In this document: positions 20,155-30,577 of the stretch, in pieces
How the letters are laid out: each line of letters begins with the position of its first letter
How positions within the stretch are numbered: the first letter of the stretch is position 1
NCBI GenBank assembly: GCA_964447495.1
Contig: CAYUTF010000013.1
Span: 1-43,101 of the forward strand
Origin: an uncultured archaeon
Lineage (GTDB): Archaea; Asgardarchaeota; Lokiarchaeia; Sigyniarchaeales; SOKP01
Direction: 5' to 3'
Length of the DNA: 43,101 nucleotides
Position numbers and translations under genes: made by a program
Notes under the pieces: generated by a model
Told to the model about the DNA's origin: nothing
The model's database searches: none
Seen by the model: the letters and a program-made list of their open reading frames with translations, nothing else

Positions 20155-21143
20155 TTAGAAGATAGTCTTTCTAAAGTAAATCTCAGATCCTTTAATGATT
20201 TTGATTTTGATAACTCAATTCTCATACTTTTTGATCTTTCTATGAATTTGGTTAGCCAAATTGCATTTCTCTTTAGTTCAACAAATTTGATTTCATCAAT
20301 TGAATTTGCAGATTGGCATGCACTGTAATCAATCTCGTCAATAATATTTTCATAAATATTAATATATTCTCGCATGTTTTCAATTTGATTCGCTCTAAAG
20401 GTAATCTCTCCTTTTTCAAGGAAGTCATTTATTTGAGTAAAAATTTTGGGGTTTCCGATTGATGCCCTACCTATCATTAAACCGTCTACTTGAGTATAAT
20501 TCTGAATTTCTTTTGCTTTGTTCGGTGAATTAATATCGCCATTTCCAATAACCGGAATTTGAGTAATCTCTTTTAATAATTTTAGAGATTCTAAATCAAA
20601 TTTGGAATCATCAAAACCATCTTTAACGGTTCTACCATGAATAGTTACTAAATCGACATTAGAAGCGTTAATAATGCTTGCTATTTGCAGTATTTCTTTC
20701 ATAGTTCTATATCCGGATCTAATCTTAACTGAGATTGGCCTTGAAGAGAATTTAGTAGCAGTATTGAGTATAATCTTTAGCTTTTCTAAATCTTTCAATA
20801 AATATCCTCCCTCTTTTGCTTTAATCGCCCTCTTAGAGGGGCAACCTGCGTTAATATCTAAAATGTCAAAATTATAACTTGATAAAAAATCAATTGATTT
20901 CTTGAACGCATTCACTTCGCCACCTATCAATTGAATACTTATTGGACGTTCTTCCTCGATTTTATATAGCTCCTTAAGAATTGAATTAGAATTTCTTTCC
21001 AATCTTTTTGTATAAATCATAGGGACACAGACAAGTCCGATCCTATTAAATTTACGACAAAATCGTCTATAGGGTGCTGTAGTTACCCTCTGCATGGGCG
21101 CCAACATTAATTTATTCTCTAATTCTATTGCCCCTATTCTCAT
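20151..21143 (-). CDS. dusB: tRNA-dihydrouridine synthase (DusB-like)
   Basis: LAPM, DINAGCP (catalytic Cys), SVKIRSG, TIHGRT, PVIGNGDI, GLMIGRASIGNP. Confidence 0.92.
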   Translation of the reverse strand: MRIGAIELENKLMLAPMQRVTTAPYRRFCRKFNRIGLVCVPMIYTKRLERNSNSILKELYKIEEERPISIQLIGGEVNAFKKSIDFLSSYNFDILDINAGCPSKRAIKAKEGGYLLKDLEKLKIILNTATKFSSRPISVKIRSGYRTMKEILQIASIINASNVDLVTIHGRTVKDGFDDSKFDLESLKLLKEITQIPVIGNGDINSPNKAKEIQNYTQVDGLMIGRASIGNPKIFTQINDFLEKGEITFRANQIENMREYINIYENIIDEIDYSACQSANSIDEIKFVELKRNAIWLTKFIERSKSMRIELSKSKSLKDLRFTLERLSSN

Positions 21144-21253
21144 TTTGTTAATGATGTCATATTTTACATTCTATAAACATGAAATTTTTATTATAACCAC
21201 ATTTTATTACAAATAAAAATATTCATGCTTTTTATTAGATAAATTATACCAAA

Positions 21254-21775
21254 GTGAAAAAATTTACCATGTCTAAATATCTAGATAAATTTTCTTTTAA
21301 AAGAAAGCCGAAAGATATAGCCTACAATGAGGGAGAGCCGTTAAAATTAAATGAAAAATTTAACTTTTTTCATAATAAAAATAAATTTAGAAAAGAATTA
21401 AATCGTCTTCAATATATCTTTAAAGATTTCACTGGAAACTCACTCGTTGCTTCAGGAATTAGAGATACTTATATTAAAGAAGAATATACTGAAAATAATT
21501 TAATTGTATTATTTACAGATAACCAAATTATAAAAAATACAAATCAAATTCTCAAAGCTAATTTACATAGAAAAATAGAATCAGGGTGTTATTATATTAC
21601 CTCAACATCAGACTATTTGCTTTTAATCGCAAAGGATATGGATGGATTAGTTTTAGGAATAGATTTAATGGAAGAATTATTTATTCAAATATTCGAGCAT
21701 TATAAAGAACAAAAAAATTTTGATGAATTTATCGAAATTCGCCAATTTAATGCCATAGGGTGTATAAACTCTTAA
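21254..21775 (+). CDS. Hypothetical protein resembling the stand-alone N-terminal (zincin-like) domain of GH20 hexosaminidases
   Basis: KPKDI near the N-terminus; ESGCYYITSTSDYLLLIAKDMDGLVLGIDLMEEL resembles the GH20 domain-2 'EGY.L.......I.A.D..G..YG..TL.QL' pattern. Confidence 0.5.
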   Translation: MKKFTMSKYLDKFSFKRKPKDIAYNEGEPLKLNEKFNFFHNKNKFRKELNRLQYIFKDFTGNSLVASGIRDTYIKEEYTENNLIVLFTDNQIIKNTNQILKANLHRKIESGCYYITSTSDYLLLIAKDMDGLVLGIDLMEELFIQIFEHYKEQKNFDEFIEIRQFNAIGCINS

Positions 21776-21801
21776 GCAAAAATAATTTCCTACTTTTTTT
21801 T

Positions 21802-23523
21802 TTATCCTGAGAATTTCCATGGTCTTTGTTTTACTAATTTATACGCTTTGGTTGAATATTCTTCAACCATACGATGCGTATTAAAATAAGCCACCAAAGA
21901 TATGGCATTTTTACATTTAAATAACCACTCATCATGATTCATATATGTAGGAATTATTTCATTTTCTAAAGTGCTGTACAATGCCTTTGAATCTATATCC
22001 CAGTCATTTGAAACCCCAGGATCCTTTGGATCTTTATCATTGGGACCAATCGACCATCCAGCTATTGGATTTCTGCGAAACCCTTCCAACCACCATCCAT
22101 CTTGGATGCTGAAATTTAACACGCCATTTAACGCAGCTTTCATCCCACTTGTCCCACTCGCCTCACGATATCTTTCTGGGGTGTTTAGCCAAATATCTAC
22201 TCCAGACACAAGCATATGGGCTAAATCCATGTTATAATTTTCCATTAGGACTACTTTGACTCCATAATTATCATAGAGATATTCCCCAGATTCATAGATT
22301 TTTTTAATGTAATCTTTTCCCATCAAATCTTTTGGATGCGCCTTACCGGCAAAAATAAATTGAACTTTTCCCTGGCATATTTTACCAAGACGATCTATAT
22401 CATTAAAGATTAAAACAGCTCTTTTATATGCAGCAAATCTTCGAGCAAATCCTATTGTAATTAGTTCTTCATCTAATAAATTCCAGCTATGCCCTTTTTG
22501 ATAGTTAATAAGATTAAATTTGTTCTCTATATGAGCATCAAACAGATCTAAATCATCAATTTCAATTGCATTTTGCAATACTGAAGGCTTCGATTTCCAA
22601 TTAGGCCATCTTCTATCGAAAATCTGTTTAATTGGTTTTGAGATCCAAAATGGTAAATGTATACCATTAGTAATATAATCAATTTCATATTGAGGAAACA
22701 TTTTCCTAGTAATTTCGCCATGCTTTTTAGCGACAGCGTTCCTATACCGTGAAAGTCCCATACCTAGAAAAGTCATATTGAAAGTACCATTATCCTCCGC
22801 AATTTTCCGAATAGCATCTGGCATTCTCTTCTCAAAAACCTTATTCACCAACTCTTGATCAAATCTGTCATGACCCGCGGGTACGGGTGTATGTGTGGTG
22901 AATACTACTTTCTCTTTAACTTTATCAAGGTTCTTTTCTAACATATTATATAATTCAACGGTCGAGAAAGACCCATGACCCTCATTGAGATGATAAGTTT
23001 GAATATTATTATATCCTAATGAATGTAAAAGTCTTACTCCTCCAATACCTAAAATAATTTCCTGTACTATACGATTCCATCGAGATGTTGAGTCATATAA
23101 TGAACCTGTCATTTTCTTCATCCATTCTTCATTACCTTCAACATCTGTAGTTAATAAATAAATAGGTAAGATATGACCTGATTGTCCTATAACGCGATAA
23201 AGCCATGCTGAAACCCACACATCCTTACTCTCAATCTTAACTTTGATGGGCTTTTCTACTCTATCAAATTCATAGAAAAAATTCCACTCTACCTCTTTTT
23301 CTTTCTGGGCTCCCGTTTCATTGAACAATTGATAAAAGTATCCTGAACTATAACATAGACATATTCCAACCATGGGTATTTCTAAATCCGCTGCTGATCT
23401 TACAGTATCTCCAGATAAAACCCCTAAACCACCACTATACGTAGGGATATTTGAATCGATGCCGATTTCCATAGAAATATACGCAACAGAGGTGTTCTTT
23501 TTAAAATCTTCACTAATTTCCAT
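21802..23523 (-). CDS. glgP: Alpha-glucan (glycogen/maltodextrin) phosphorylase, short form
   Basis: YISMEIG, YSGGLGVLSGD, HLNEGH, FTTHTPVPAGHD, ITNGIH, FARRFAAYKR, AGKAHP, PLP motif EASGTSGMK. Confidence 0.95.
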   Translation of the reverse strand: MEISEDFKKNTSVAYISMEIGIDSNIPTYSGGLGVLSGDTVRSAADLEIPMVGICLCYSSGYFYQLFNETGAQKEKEVEWNFFYEFDRVEKPIKVKIESKDVWVSAWLYRVIGQSGHILPIYLLTTDVEGNEEWMKKMTGSLYDSTSRWNRIVQEIILGIGGVRLLHSLGYNNIQTYHLNEGHGSFSTVELYNMLEKNLDKVKEKVVFTTHTPVPAGHDRFDQELVNKVFEKRMPDAIRKIAEDNGTFNMTFLGMGLSRYRNAVAKKHGEITRKMFPQYEIDYITNGIHLPFWISKPIKQIFDRRWPNWKSKPSVLQNAIEIDDLDLFDAHIENKFNLINYQKGHSWNLLDEELITIGFARRFAAYKRAVLIFNDIDRLGKICQGKVQFIFAGKAHPKDLMGKDYIKKIYESGEYLYDNYGVKVVLMENYNMDLAHMLVSGVDIWLNTPERYREASGTSGMKAALNGVLNFSIQDGWWLEGFRRNPIAGWSIGPNDKDPKDPGVSNDWDIDSKALYSTLENEIIPTYMNHDEWLFKCKNAISLVAYFNTHRMVEEYSTKAYKLVKQRPWKFSG

Positions 23524-23611
23524 AATAATTTCCTCAGATGAGTATTAAGGAAAAACTAATTTTTAGTTTTATATAAATATTTTAAATTCATGTTTTAAAA
23601 TCTTATGCGAA

Positions 23612-24268
23612 TTATATGAAAAGTTCTTTATTGAGTAATATCTCAACTTTTATATTAGAATTCTTCAAATGAAGGATTTTTTTGTATTCTTCTAATTCCA
23701 CATCCCAATTATGCATTGGTATCACAATTTTTGGATTAATATCAACAGCAGCATCAGTGGATTCCTCAATATCCATAGTATAAGTCCCACCACAAGGTAA
23801 CATTGCTACATCAATCCCTTTAGAAGCTAATTCCTTCATTTCAGGGATTCTTTCACTATCTCCCGCGTGGTATATCTTTTTTCCTTCAATTTCTAAGACG
23901 CTCCCAGCCCAATTACGGCTTTTAGGATGAAACGTCTCATTAGTTTTGGGTCTCATTCTTTTAATATTATAAGCAGGAACTAATTCAATCTTTATCTTCC
24001 CTATTTGAATTGTATTATAAAATTCTAATCCTTTCCCATTAAATATCTGTAATTTTGGTGAAATGCTTTTTGGACCCAATAATACTGTTGATTCTTTCCA
24101 TAAATTTCGAATTGACTTTTCATCAAAGTGATCTCCGTGTTCATGGCTACAAATTATAATATCCGCTTTTTCTTCACTTTTAGAAATTTGATATGGGTCT
24201 AAATAGATAATCATTTTATCTTCAGTCTCAATTTTAAAAGCAGCATGTTTTAACCAACTAATTTTCAT
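23612..24268 (-). CDS. MBL-fold metal-dependent hydrolase (UlaG/UPF0173-like)
   Basis: WLKHAAF, LDPY, SHEHGDH, YHAGDS, PCGGTYTM, IPMH. Confidence 0.88.
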   Translation of the reverse strand: MKISWLKHAAFKIETEDKMIIYLDPYQISKSEEKADIIICSHEHGDHFDEKSIRNLWKESTVLLGPKSISPKLQIFNGKGLEFYNTIQIGKIKIELVPAYNIKRMRPKTNETFHPKSRNWAGSVLEIEGKKIYHAGDSERIPEMKELASKGIDVAMLPCGGTYTMDIEESTDAAVDINPKIVIPMHNWDVELEEYKKILHLKNSNIKVEILLNKELFI

Positions 24269-24374
24269 AATTTTACCCTCTTAATTATTACTTTAGATTT
24301 AATAGCTATTAATGAGAGTTCTAATAATATATAGAATTTAAAAATATTCTATGCAAATAATGAGTAAAAAAGAG

Positions 24375-24749
24375 TTAGTCTTTCGATTGTATATCTAACT
24401 CTGGTTTTTTTAATTCGACTTTCTTTAAAATATTGAATGTGTCTAATTGATTAAGACTATGTTTCTCTAATTCTTTTGTAAACAGACTTTCTTTAAAACT
24501 AGGCGTTAAATTCAGCGTATTTAGTTTGGGAAGTAATTTTGAAAAAATAGGTTGCTTAAACTTATGTGAATTCATTAGATCATTTACAAATTCATCCTTT
24601 AAAGATAAGTGTTTTTTAAAATAAGGATTCTCTGCTTTCAAATCGTTCTTATTATCTTTAATTAATTTAGCCGAAATTGGTGGAAGGCTCAATTTATCTA
24701 TACGACAAGTTGGGCATTCATTTTCCTCAAAACCATGAACGCATCGCAT
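24375..24749 (-). CDS. Hypothetical protein with an N-terminal CxH-x6-CxxC putative zinc site
   Basis: MRCVHGFEENECPTC followed by a Lys/Leu-rich tail. Confidence 0.6.
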   Translation of the reverse strand: MRCVHGFEENECPTCRIDKLSLPPISAKLIKDNKNDLKAENPYFKKHLSLKDEFVNDLMNSHKFKQPIFSKLLPKLNTLNLTPSFKESLFTKELEKHSLNQLDTFNILKKVELKKPELDIQSKD

Positions 24750-24825
24750 AAAAATTCACATCTTTTTCTATCTTATCTGTGTACTTTAAATTAATTTTAT
24801 TTTATATTTCTTTTTATTATTATTT

Positions 24826-25944
24826 ATGAGTGATTTTTTAGGGGAAATAAAATCGCAACCACAAGCGCTAAGAGCTACATTTGATTATATTATTAATGAA
24901 GGGAAAAATCAATTCCTAATAATCAAGGACTTTATCAAAAAAGGAGGAATAACCAAATTAATTTTTACTGGAATGGGTTCTAGTTATATTAGCTGTTATT
25001 TACCCTATTATATTCTAAATCAATATGGAATTGCAGTTGAGATGCGCGAAGCAGGGGAATTCTTATTTAATACCTTTCCAAAAGCAAAGCAAAATTGCTT
25101 TACTGACACTGGTATTATAATTATTTCACAATCAGGTGAATCAGGAGAGATCAGAGAATTATTACGCCAAATCAATTCGATCCCTATGGATTATAAACCA
25201 TTAACTATTGGGATCACAAACAATCCTGATAGTTATTTAGCCTATATGACAGAATTACAGATTCTCATGAATTTTGATGAAGAGATTTCGGTTACCTCAA
25301 AGAGCTATGTGTGTACCTTACTTATATTATACGTTATGGCTAAAACTATTATTGGCGAATTCTTCACCGATGATAAGGAATTTCAAAAAGTTGAAGCCTT
25401 AATGCAAGAATTAGAAAGTCTTCTTACAGACAAAAATAAAGTGAATAAAATATGGGAAGTACTTCTAAATAACTTTGGTTTTAAGTTTGATTTTCTCGAA
25501 ATCTTGGCTAGAGGCGCGTCTCTTACCACAGCATATCAAGCAGCATTAAACTTTAAAGAGATAGTCAAAGCCTATTCCGAGGCGAATTCTATATCTTCTT
25601 TTCGACATGGGGGTATTGAATGTCTCAATGATCGTACTCAATTACTTCTCTTAACTTCTGATCCTAATAATCTAAAACTTAATACAAAATTTATTAATAA
25701 TTTACTAAACAATTGGAAGTGTGGGAAAATTCTACACCTTACGAATCAAGATTTTGATGAAGATCTCGAAAAATTACATAATAATCCAAAAATAATCGTG
25801 TATAAACATACCATTGTTGACCCATTTTTAGCCCCCATTATGGAGATTGTTATTCTTCAACTCTTATTTTATAAAATCGCTGAAAAAAAAGGAATTCCCC
25901 CAGGAATCTTTCTTTTCTCAAAAAAAATAACAAGTGATCTATAA
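24826..25944 (+). CDS. Double-SIS domain sugar-phosphate isomerase/deaminase (GlmS isomerase-like, no glutaminase domain)
   Basis: EIKSQP, TGMGSS, ISQSGES, ITNNPDS, SKSY, ALNFKE, FRHG, C-terminal KKIT. Confidence 0.88.
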   Translation: MSDFLGEIKSQPQALRATFDYIINEGKNQFLIIKDFIKKGGITKLIFTGMGSSYISCYLPYYILNQYGIAVEMREAGEFLFNTFPKAKQNCFTDTGIIIISQSGESGEIRELLRQINSIPMDYKPLTIGITNNPDSYLAYMTELQILMNFDEEISVTSKSYVCTLLILYVMAKTIIGEFFTDDKEFQKVEALMQELESLLTDKNKVNKIWEVLLNNFGFKFDFLEILARGASLTTAYQAALNFKEIVKAYSEANSISSFRHGGIECLNDRTQLLLLTSDPNNLKLNTKFINNLLNNWKCGKILHLTNQDFDEDLEKLHNNPKIIVYKHTIVDPFLAPIMEIVILQLLFYKIAEKKGIPPGIFLFSKKITSDL

Positions 25945-26103
25945 AAATTCTAAGTATCCATTGAATTTTCAATTTTATTTATTTAGCAACTAAACTAAAC
26001 AATATTATATACTTTAATATAAAATTTATAAAGTAGAACTAACTTTCTTTATTGTTTGAATGTAAAATTCATTTAACTTCAAATAAAAGATAACTAAAAG
26101 TGT

Positions 26104-27882
26104 ATGTTTATGACAAAATGGCATGTTGATGAAAAGAAAGCATGGTTCAAGAAGTGGTGGCCAGAAGGCGTTCCATTTAATATCTCGTTTCCAGAGATAT
26201 CAATTGGTGACTTCTTCGAGGAGCAAAGAAAGAAATATGCTAACGATAACATAATGTGGTTTCTGGAATCATGGATGACCTATGAAGAGGCTGGAAAGGC
26301 AATAGATTCATTTGCAACGGCTTTGCATGATCTTGGAATAAAAAAAGGCGATATTGTTGCTTTACTTTTACCAAACAGTTTTCAGTATGTAATTGCATTT
26401 TATGCAGCTGCAAAGATTGGAGCTATTCCGACTGGGATTAACACTACATATAAACCATTAGAAGTTCTCCATCATCTTGAAATAACGAGTGCTAAATCAT
26501 TGATTGTATTGGATGCATTGTATGATGAAGTAGTAAAACCAATTATTGACAAAACAAAGGTTGAACTTGTAATATATTCCAATATTGCTGATCTTGCATC
26601 TGGACTTTCAGGATTCATTAAATTCTTAGGAAAATTAATTGGCAAAATTCCAAAGGGAAAGGTCGATTTTAAACCTTCATATAAATTTTTGGATCTTTTG
26701 AAAACAGAACCAAATCTTCCGAAAGTAAGTTTCGATCCTATCACACATCCAGCGACCTATATTATGACGGGTGGAACAACAGGGGTTCCAAAAGCTACCG
26801 TATTGACGCATTTTAATTTAGTCTCCAATGTGAAACAATGTGTTGCCATCTTAGGTGGAGAGCAACCTGGAATGGGTGATATTGGAGCTTTACCCCTATT
26901 TCATTCATTTGCAATGACAGCAGTAATGAATGTTGCTATTGGTTTAGGTGGTTGGATGATGCTTTTTCCACGTCCGCCCCCAACTGAAGAATTTCTCAAA
27001 GAAGTAGATAAAATCCCTGCTCCTAATGGTTTGGCTTATACAGGTGCTGAAATATTATTTAAAAGAATAGCAGATTTTCCTCAATTAGATAAATTTCCCG
27101 GAATTATGGGTAAGATGAAGCTTAATATCTCTGGAGCAGGTCCCTTGCACGCACCTGTAAGGGATGCATTTGAGAAAAACACTGGTGGTAGAATCGTTGA
27201 GGGTTATGGATTATCCGAAGCAACTCCAGTAGTAAGTGCAGGTAATTTATTCGGTGAAAGTCCCATTGGTACAATTGGGATGCCTCTCCCTGGAACAGAT
27301 TGGGGAATCTGGGATGCTGCGGTTCCTACATTAGAAGCTGGACCCATCGCTACAGGGCTACCTGGCTCTAAATATGGAGAAGAAAATGGTGGCGAATTAT
27401 GTGTATGTGGTCCACAAGTTATGAAAGAATACTTGAATCAACCAGAGGAAAGTGCTGATACCTTGCAAAAATGGGATGGCCGAATTTGGCTAAGAACTGG
27501 GGACATTGGTTTTATGAACGAAGATGGTACTGTGACTTTAAGAGATAGAAAGAAGCAGCTCATAAAAGTAGCAGGTCATTCGGTATTTCCAACAGAAGTA
27601 GAGACAATGTTAATGAAGAATGAGGCAGTAAGTGAAGCGGCTGTCGCAGGATTACCAGATCCTGAGGGCAAGGTCGGAGAAATTACTAAAGCTTGGGTCG
27701 CTCTAAAACCAGAATATGTAGGAAAAATAACAGAAGATGAGCTCAAAGCATGGACCGAAGAGAATTTGACAAAATGGAAATGTCCTGCACTCATAGAGTT
27801 CATTGATGAAGTCCCAAAAAGTATACTAGGGAAAGTTGAGAGAAGAACCTTGCAGGAATCAGATCCTCTTTACAAAAAGTAA
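26104..27882 (+). CDS. Long-chain acyl-CoA synthetase (AMP-binding)
   Basis: MTGGTTGVPK P-loop, LPLFHSFA, EGYGLSE, GELCVCGPQVM, RTGD, RKKQLIK, PKSILGKV. Confidence 0.93.
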   Translation: MFMTKWHVDEKKAWFKKWWPEGVPFNISFPEISIGDFFEEQRKKYANDNIMWFLESWMTYEEAGKAIDSFATALHDLGIKKGDIVALLLPNSFQYVIAFYAAAKIGAIPTGINTTYKPLEVLHHLEITSAKSLIVLDALYDEVVKPIIDKTKVELVIYSNIADLASGLSGFIKFLGKLIGKIPKGKVDFKPSYKFLDLLKTEPNLPKVSFDPITHPATYIMTGGTTGVPKATVLTHFNLVSNVKQCVAILGGEQPGMGDIGALPLFHSFAMTAVMNVAIGLGGWMMLFPRPPPTEEFLKEVDKIPAPNGLAYTGAEILFKRIADFPQLDKFPGIMGKMKLNISGAGPLHAPVRDAFEKNTGGRIVEGYGLSEATPVVSAGNLFGESPIGTIGMPLPGTDWGIWDAAVPTLEAGPIATGLPGSKYGEENGGELCVCGPQVMKEYLNQPEESADTLQKWDGRIWLRTGDIGFMNEDGTVTLRDRKKQLIKVAGHSVFPTEVETMLMKNEAVSEAAVAGLPDPEGKVGEITKAWVALKPEYVGKITEDELKAWTEENLTKWKCPALIEFIDEVPKSILGKVERRTLQESDPLYKK

Positions 27883-28024
27883 TTACTTTTTTATTTATTT
27901 CTATTTTTTAATTCTAATTTTATTTTCACGCTATATTAAAAAATTAAATATATCACATTTAATTTTAGTAGTTAATATTTAATGATGAATTCACGACAAT
28001 GGAGATTGATTTCTAAAGTTACTT

Positions 28025-29290
28025 ATGATGTCAAATCCTACAAACAGAACCTTCCTATATTATCTTATTTTTTGGATTGGGCAGTTAATTTCGCTACTTG
28101 GAAGTTCTGTAATCCACTTCGTTGTTATTTGGTGGATCGTAACGGTAACAGGCGACCCTAATCTATTAGGTATAACCAATTTCTTAGGGATGCTTCCATT
28201 AATTATTATAAGTCCTATTGCGGGGGTTTTTATCGATAGATGGAATAGAAAGGCTATAATAGCAATTTCTGATTCTATGCAAGCACTCATAACATTTTGG
28301 TTACTTCTTGTTTTCTTTTTTGGGACAGAGCAGGTAGTTATTGTTATCCTAATTAATAGTTTACGTGGCGTCTGCCAAGCTTTTCATTTTCCAACGGTAA
28401 AAGCAATAATTCCAATCATGATCCCTAAAGATAAATTGAGTAGAATGAATGCTATTGATTTCTTATTTAATGGAATTGTTCAAATGGCAGGTCCTGCAAT
28501 TGGAGCAGTCCTCAATACACTATTTCCAATACATATAATTCTTTGGGTTGATATTATAACCTTCTTTATTGCAATTATTCCCCTAATCTTGATTAAAATA
28601 CCACATGTATCGGAGAGGAATGACAAAAAGGAATCCTTTTCTTTTATGAAGGATCTCAAAATGGGATTCAAAATTCTCAGAAAAGTACCTGGTCTTTTAA
28701 TTCTAGTAATCTTCATTTCCGTAATCAACTTTCTTGGGCAACCTTTTGGGGTTCTTCTTCCCCTCTACGTTAAATCTATCCATTTCGGGGATGCACTTGA
28801 TTTAGCGTTTATTATGGTCTTAATGCAAATTGGAATGATAGTTGGAGCTATAATTACCTCTTTAAAAAAGGATTGGAAAAATCGTGTACTTCTAATTACT
28901 GGTTGTGTTCTAATTGGTGTGATAGGTTATTTTTTAACAGCTCTCTCTCCAACAGGCAATTTCTTACTCATTGGAATAGGTGGTATGATGCGAGCGGGGA
29001 TGACCCCTCTTATAAATACTAACTTTTTAACCATTATCCAATTACATGTACCGCCAGAAAAGCAAGGAAAAGTGATGTCGATAGTTGTTTCACTCGCTTG
29101 GGCTGTAATCCCCCCTGGTAGTCTAGTAGCAGGATATTTAGGCACATTAATGGGGATAGTACCCCTTTATTTAATATTTGCAGGATTAGAATTACTTACA
29201 GTGATACTCACATTATCACTTACTAATATACGTAGAGTTAAATTCGATACAATTTATGATATGAAGCAGACATCAGTTGAATCTAATTAA
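28025..29290 (+). CDS. MFS transporter (DHA3/macrolide-efflux-like)
   Basis: About 12 TM segments; WIGQLISLLGS, GVFIDRWNRK (motif A), VPPEKQGKV. Confidence 0.92.
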   Translation: MMSNPTNRTFLYYLIFWIGQLISLLGSSVIHFVVIWWIVTVTGDPNLLGITNFLGMLPLIIISPIAGVFIDRWNRKAIIAISDSMQALITFWLLLVFFFGTEQVVIVILINSLRGVCQAFHFPTVKAIIPIMIPKDKLSRMNAIDFLFNGIVQMAGPAIGAVLNTLFPIHIILWVDIITFFIAIIPLILIKIPHVSERNDKKESFSFMKDLKMGFKILRKVPGLLILVIFISVINFLGQPFGVLLPLYVKSIHFGDALDLAFIMVLMQIGMIVGAIITSLKKDWKNRVLLITGCVLIGVIGYFLTALSPTGNFLLIGIGGMMRAGMTPLINTNFLTIIQLHVPPEKQGKVMSIVVSLAWAVIPPGSLVAGYLGTLMGIVPLYLIFAGLELLTVILTLSLTNIRRVKFDTIYDMKQTSVESN

Positions 29291-29372
29291 TTCAGATTGC
29301 TTGATATGAAACCTAAATTTTTTATAATAAGTATTAATTTCTTAAAAGTATTAATCATTAAACGCATATAAA

Positions 29373-30509
29373 ATGACAAAAGGAATTATTCTTTCTGGTG
29401 GATGGGGGACACGTTTACGTCCTTTAACCTGTACAATACCTAAATCATTAATACCTATTGTAAATAAACCCGTAATCGAACGCCAAATACTATCATTAAA
29501 GTCTGCGGGAGTAAGAGAAATAGTTCTTGCCGTTAGTGTCATGTCTGATGTTGTAAAGAATTACTTTGGTGACGGGAAACGTCTTGGTGTAAAAATACAT
29601 TACACAAATGAAAAATATCCCATGGGAACTGCTGGTGCCATTAGATTAGCTGAGGATTACTTAAAAGACGACAACTTTTTTATGTTAAATGGTGATATAA
29701 TCATGAATTTCGATTTCAGTGATATGCTAAAATCGCATAACAAGTATAAAGGAGTTGGGACCATCGCTAGCAAGATATTAGAGGATCCATCAAGATATGG
29801 AGTATTAATTGTAAATAATGAAACGAATCAATTATGCAAGTTTCTTGAAAAGGAGGAATATATGCCCCCAGAGGGAAAAATAGTACCGATGCCAATAAAT
29901 GCGGGTGTTTATATATTAGAACCAGCAATTTTTTCTTACATTAAACCTAATAAGAAAGTTTCAATAGAAAGAAATGTATTTCCAAGAGTAGCAGAAGAAA
30001 ATAAATTGTATCACTATCCCATTTCTGGAATCTGGAAAGATATTGGTAAACCTTTAGATTTACTTCAAGCAAATATCCTCCTAATGGAAGAAATCCTCCA
30101 AAATCTGAAAGGAGAGGTAAAAAACTTAATTGATGAATCTGTAGAAATTGATCCAAGTACAAAAATCTGCTCTCCTTGTACTATCGGTGAAAATGTAGTT
30201 ATTCGTAAAGATTGCTCAATAGGACCCAATGTTATAATTGGGGACAATGTATTTATTGATGAAAATACAGAGATTAAAAATTCTTTAATATATAATGAGT
30301 CTTATTTTTCAAAGAATGTGAAAATCTCGAATGCTATTATTTCAGATAACTGTATGATTGAAAAAAATGTCGAAATACTAGGAGATACTGAAAATTTAGT
30401 TATCTTGTCTTCATTTGTGAAAGTTTTAAAAAATATTAAGTTAATTTCTAAGAATCATCAACCGATCTCTTATTGTCATCATGAAGAAGTTAAAGAAAAT
30501 ATCGAATAA
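29373..30509 (+). CDS. NDP-sugar synthase (mannose-1-phosphate guanylyltransferase-like) with hexapeptide C-terminus
   Basis: ILSGGWGTRLRPLT..PK, GTAG, LNGD, YGV, INAGVY, WKDIG; left-handed beta-helix repeats. Confidence 0.92.
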   Translation: MTKGIILSGGWGTRLRPLTCTIPKSLIPIVNKPVIERQILSLKSAGVREIVLAVSVMSDVVKNYFGDGKRLGVKIHYTNEKYPMGTAGAIRLAEDYLKDDNFFMLNGDIIMNFDFSDMLKSHNKYKGVGTIASKILEDPSRYGVLIVNNETNQLCKFLEKEEYMPPEGKIVPMPINAGVYILEPAIFSYIKPNKKVSIERNVFPRVAEENKLYHYPISGIWKDIGKPLDLLQANILLMEEILQNLKGEVKNLIDESVEIDPSTKICSPCTIGENVVIRKDCSIGPNVIIGDNVFIDENTEIKNSLIYNESYFSKNVKISNAIISDNCMIEKNVEILGDTENLVILSSFVKVLKNIKLISKNHQPISYCHHEEVKENIE

Positions 30510-30577
30510 ATATGCGTATTTAGCGTATTCTTTTTATGCCAAATATTTAAAAACTTTTGTTTCATTTCTAAATTACA

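Noticed and set aside
27982-28048. ATGATGA upstream of the MFS gene as a C box
   Set aside because: No canonical CTGA D box at suitable spacing; runs into the coding start.
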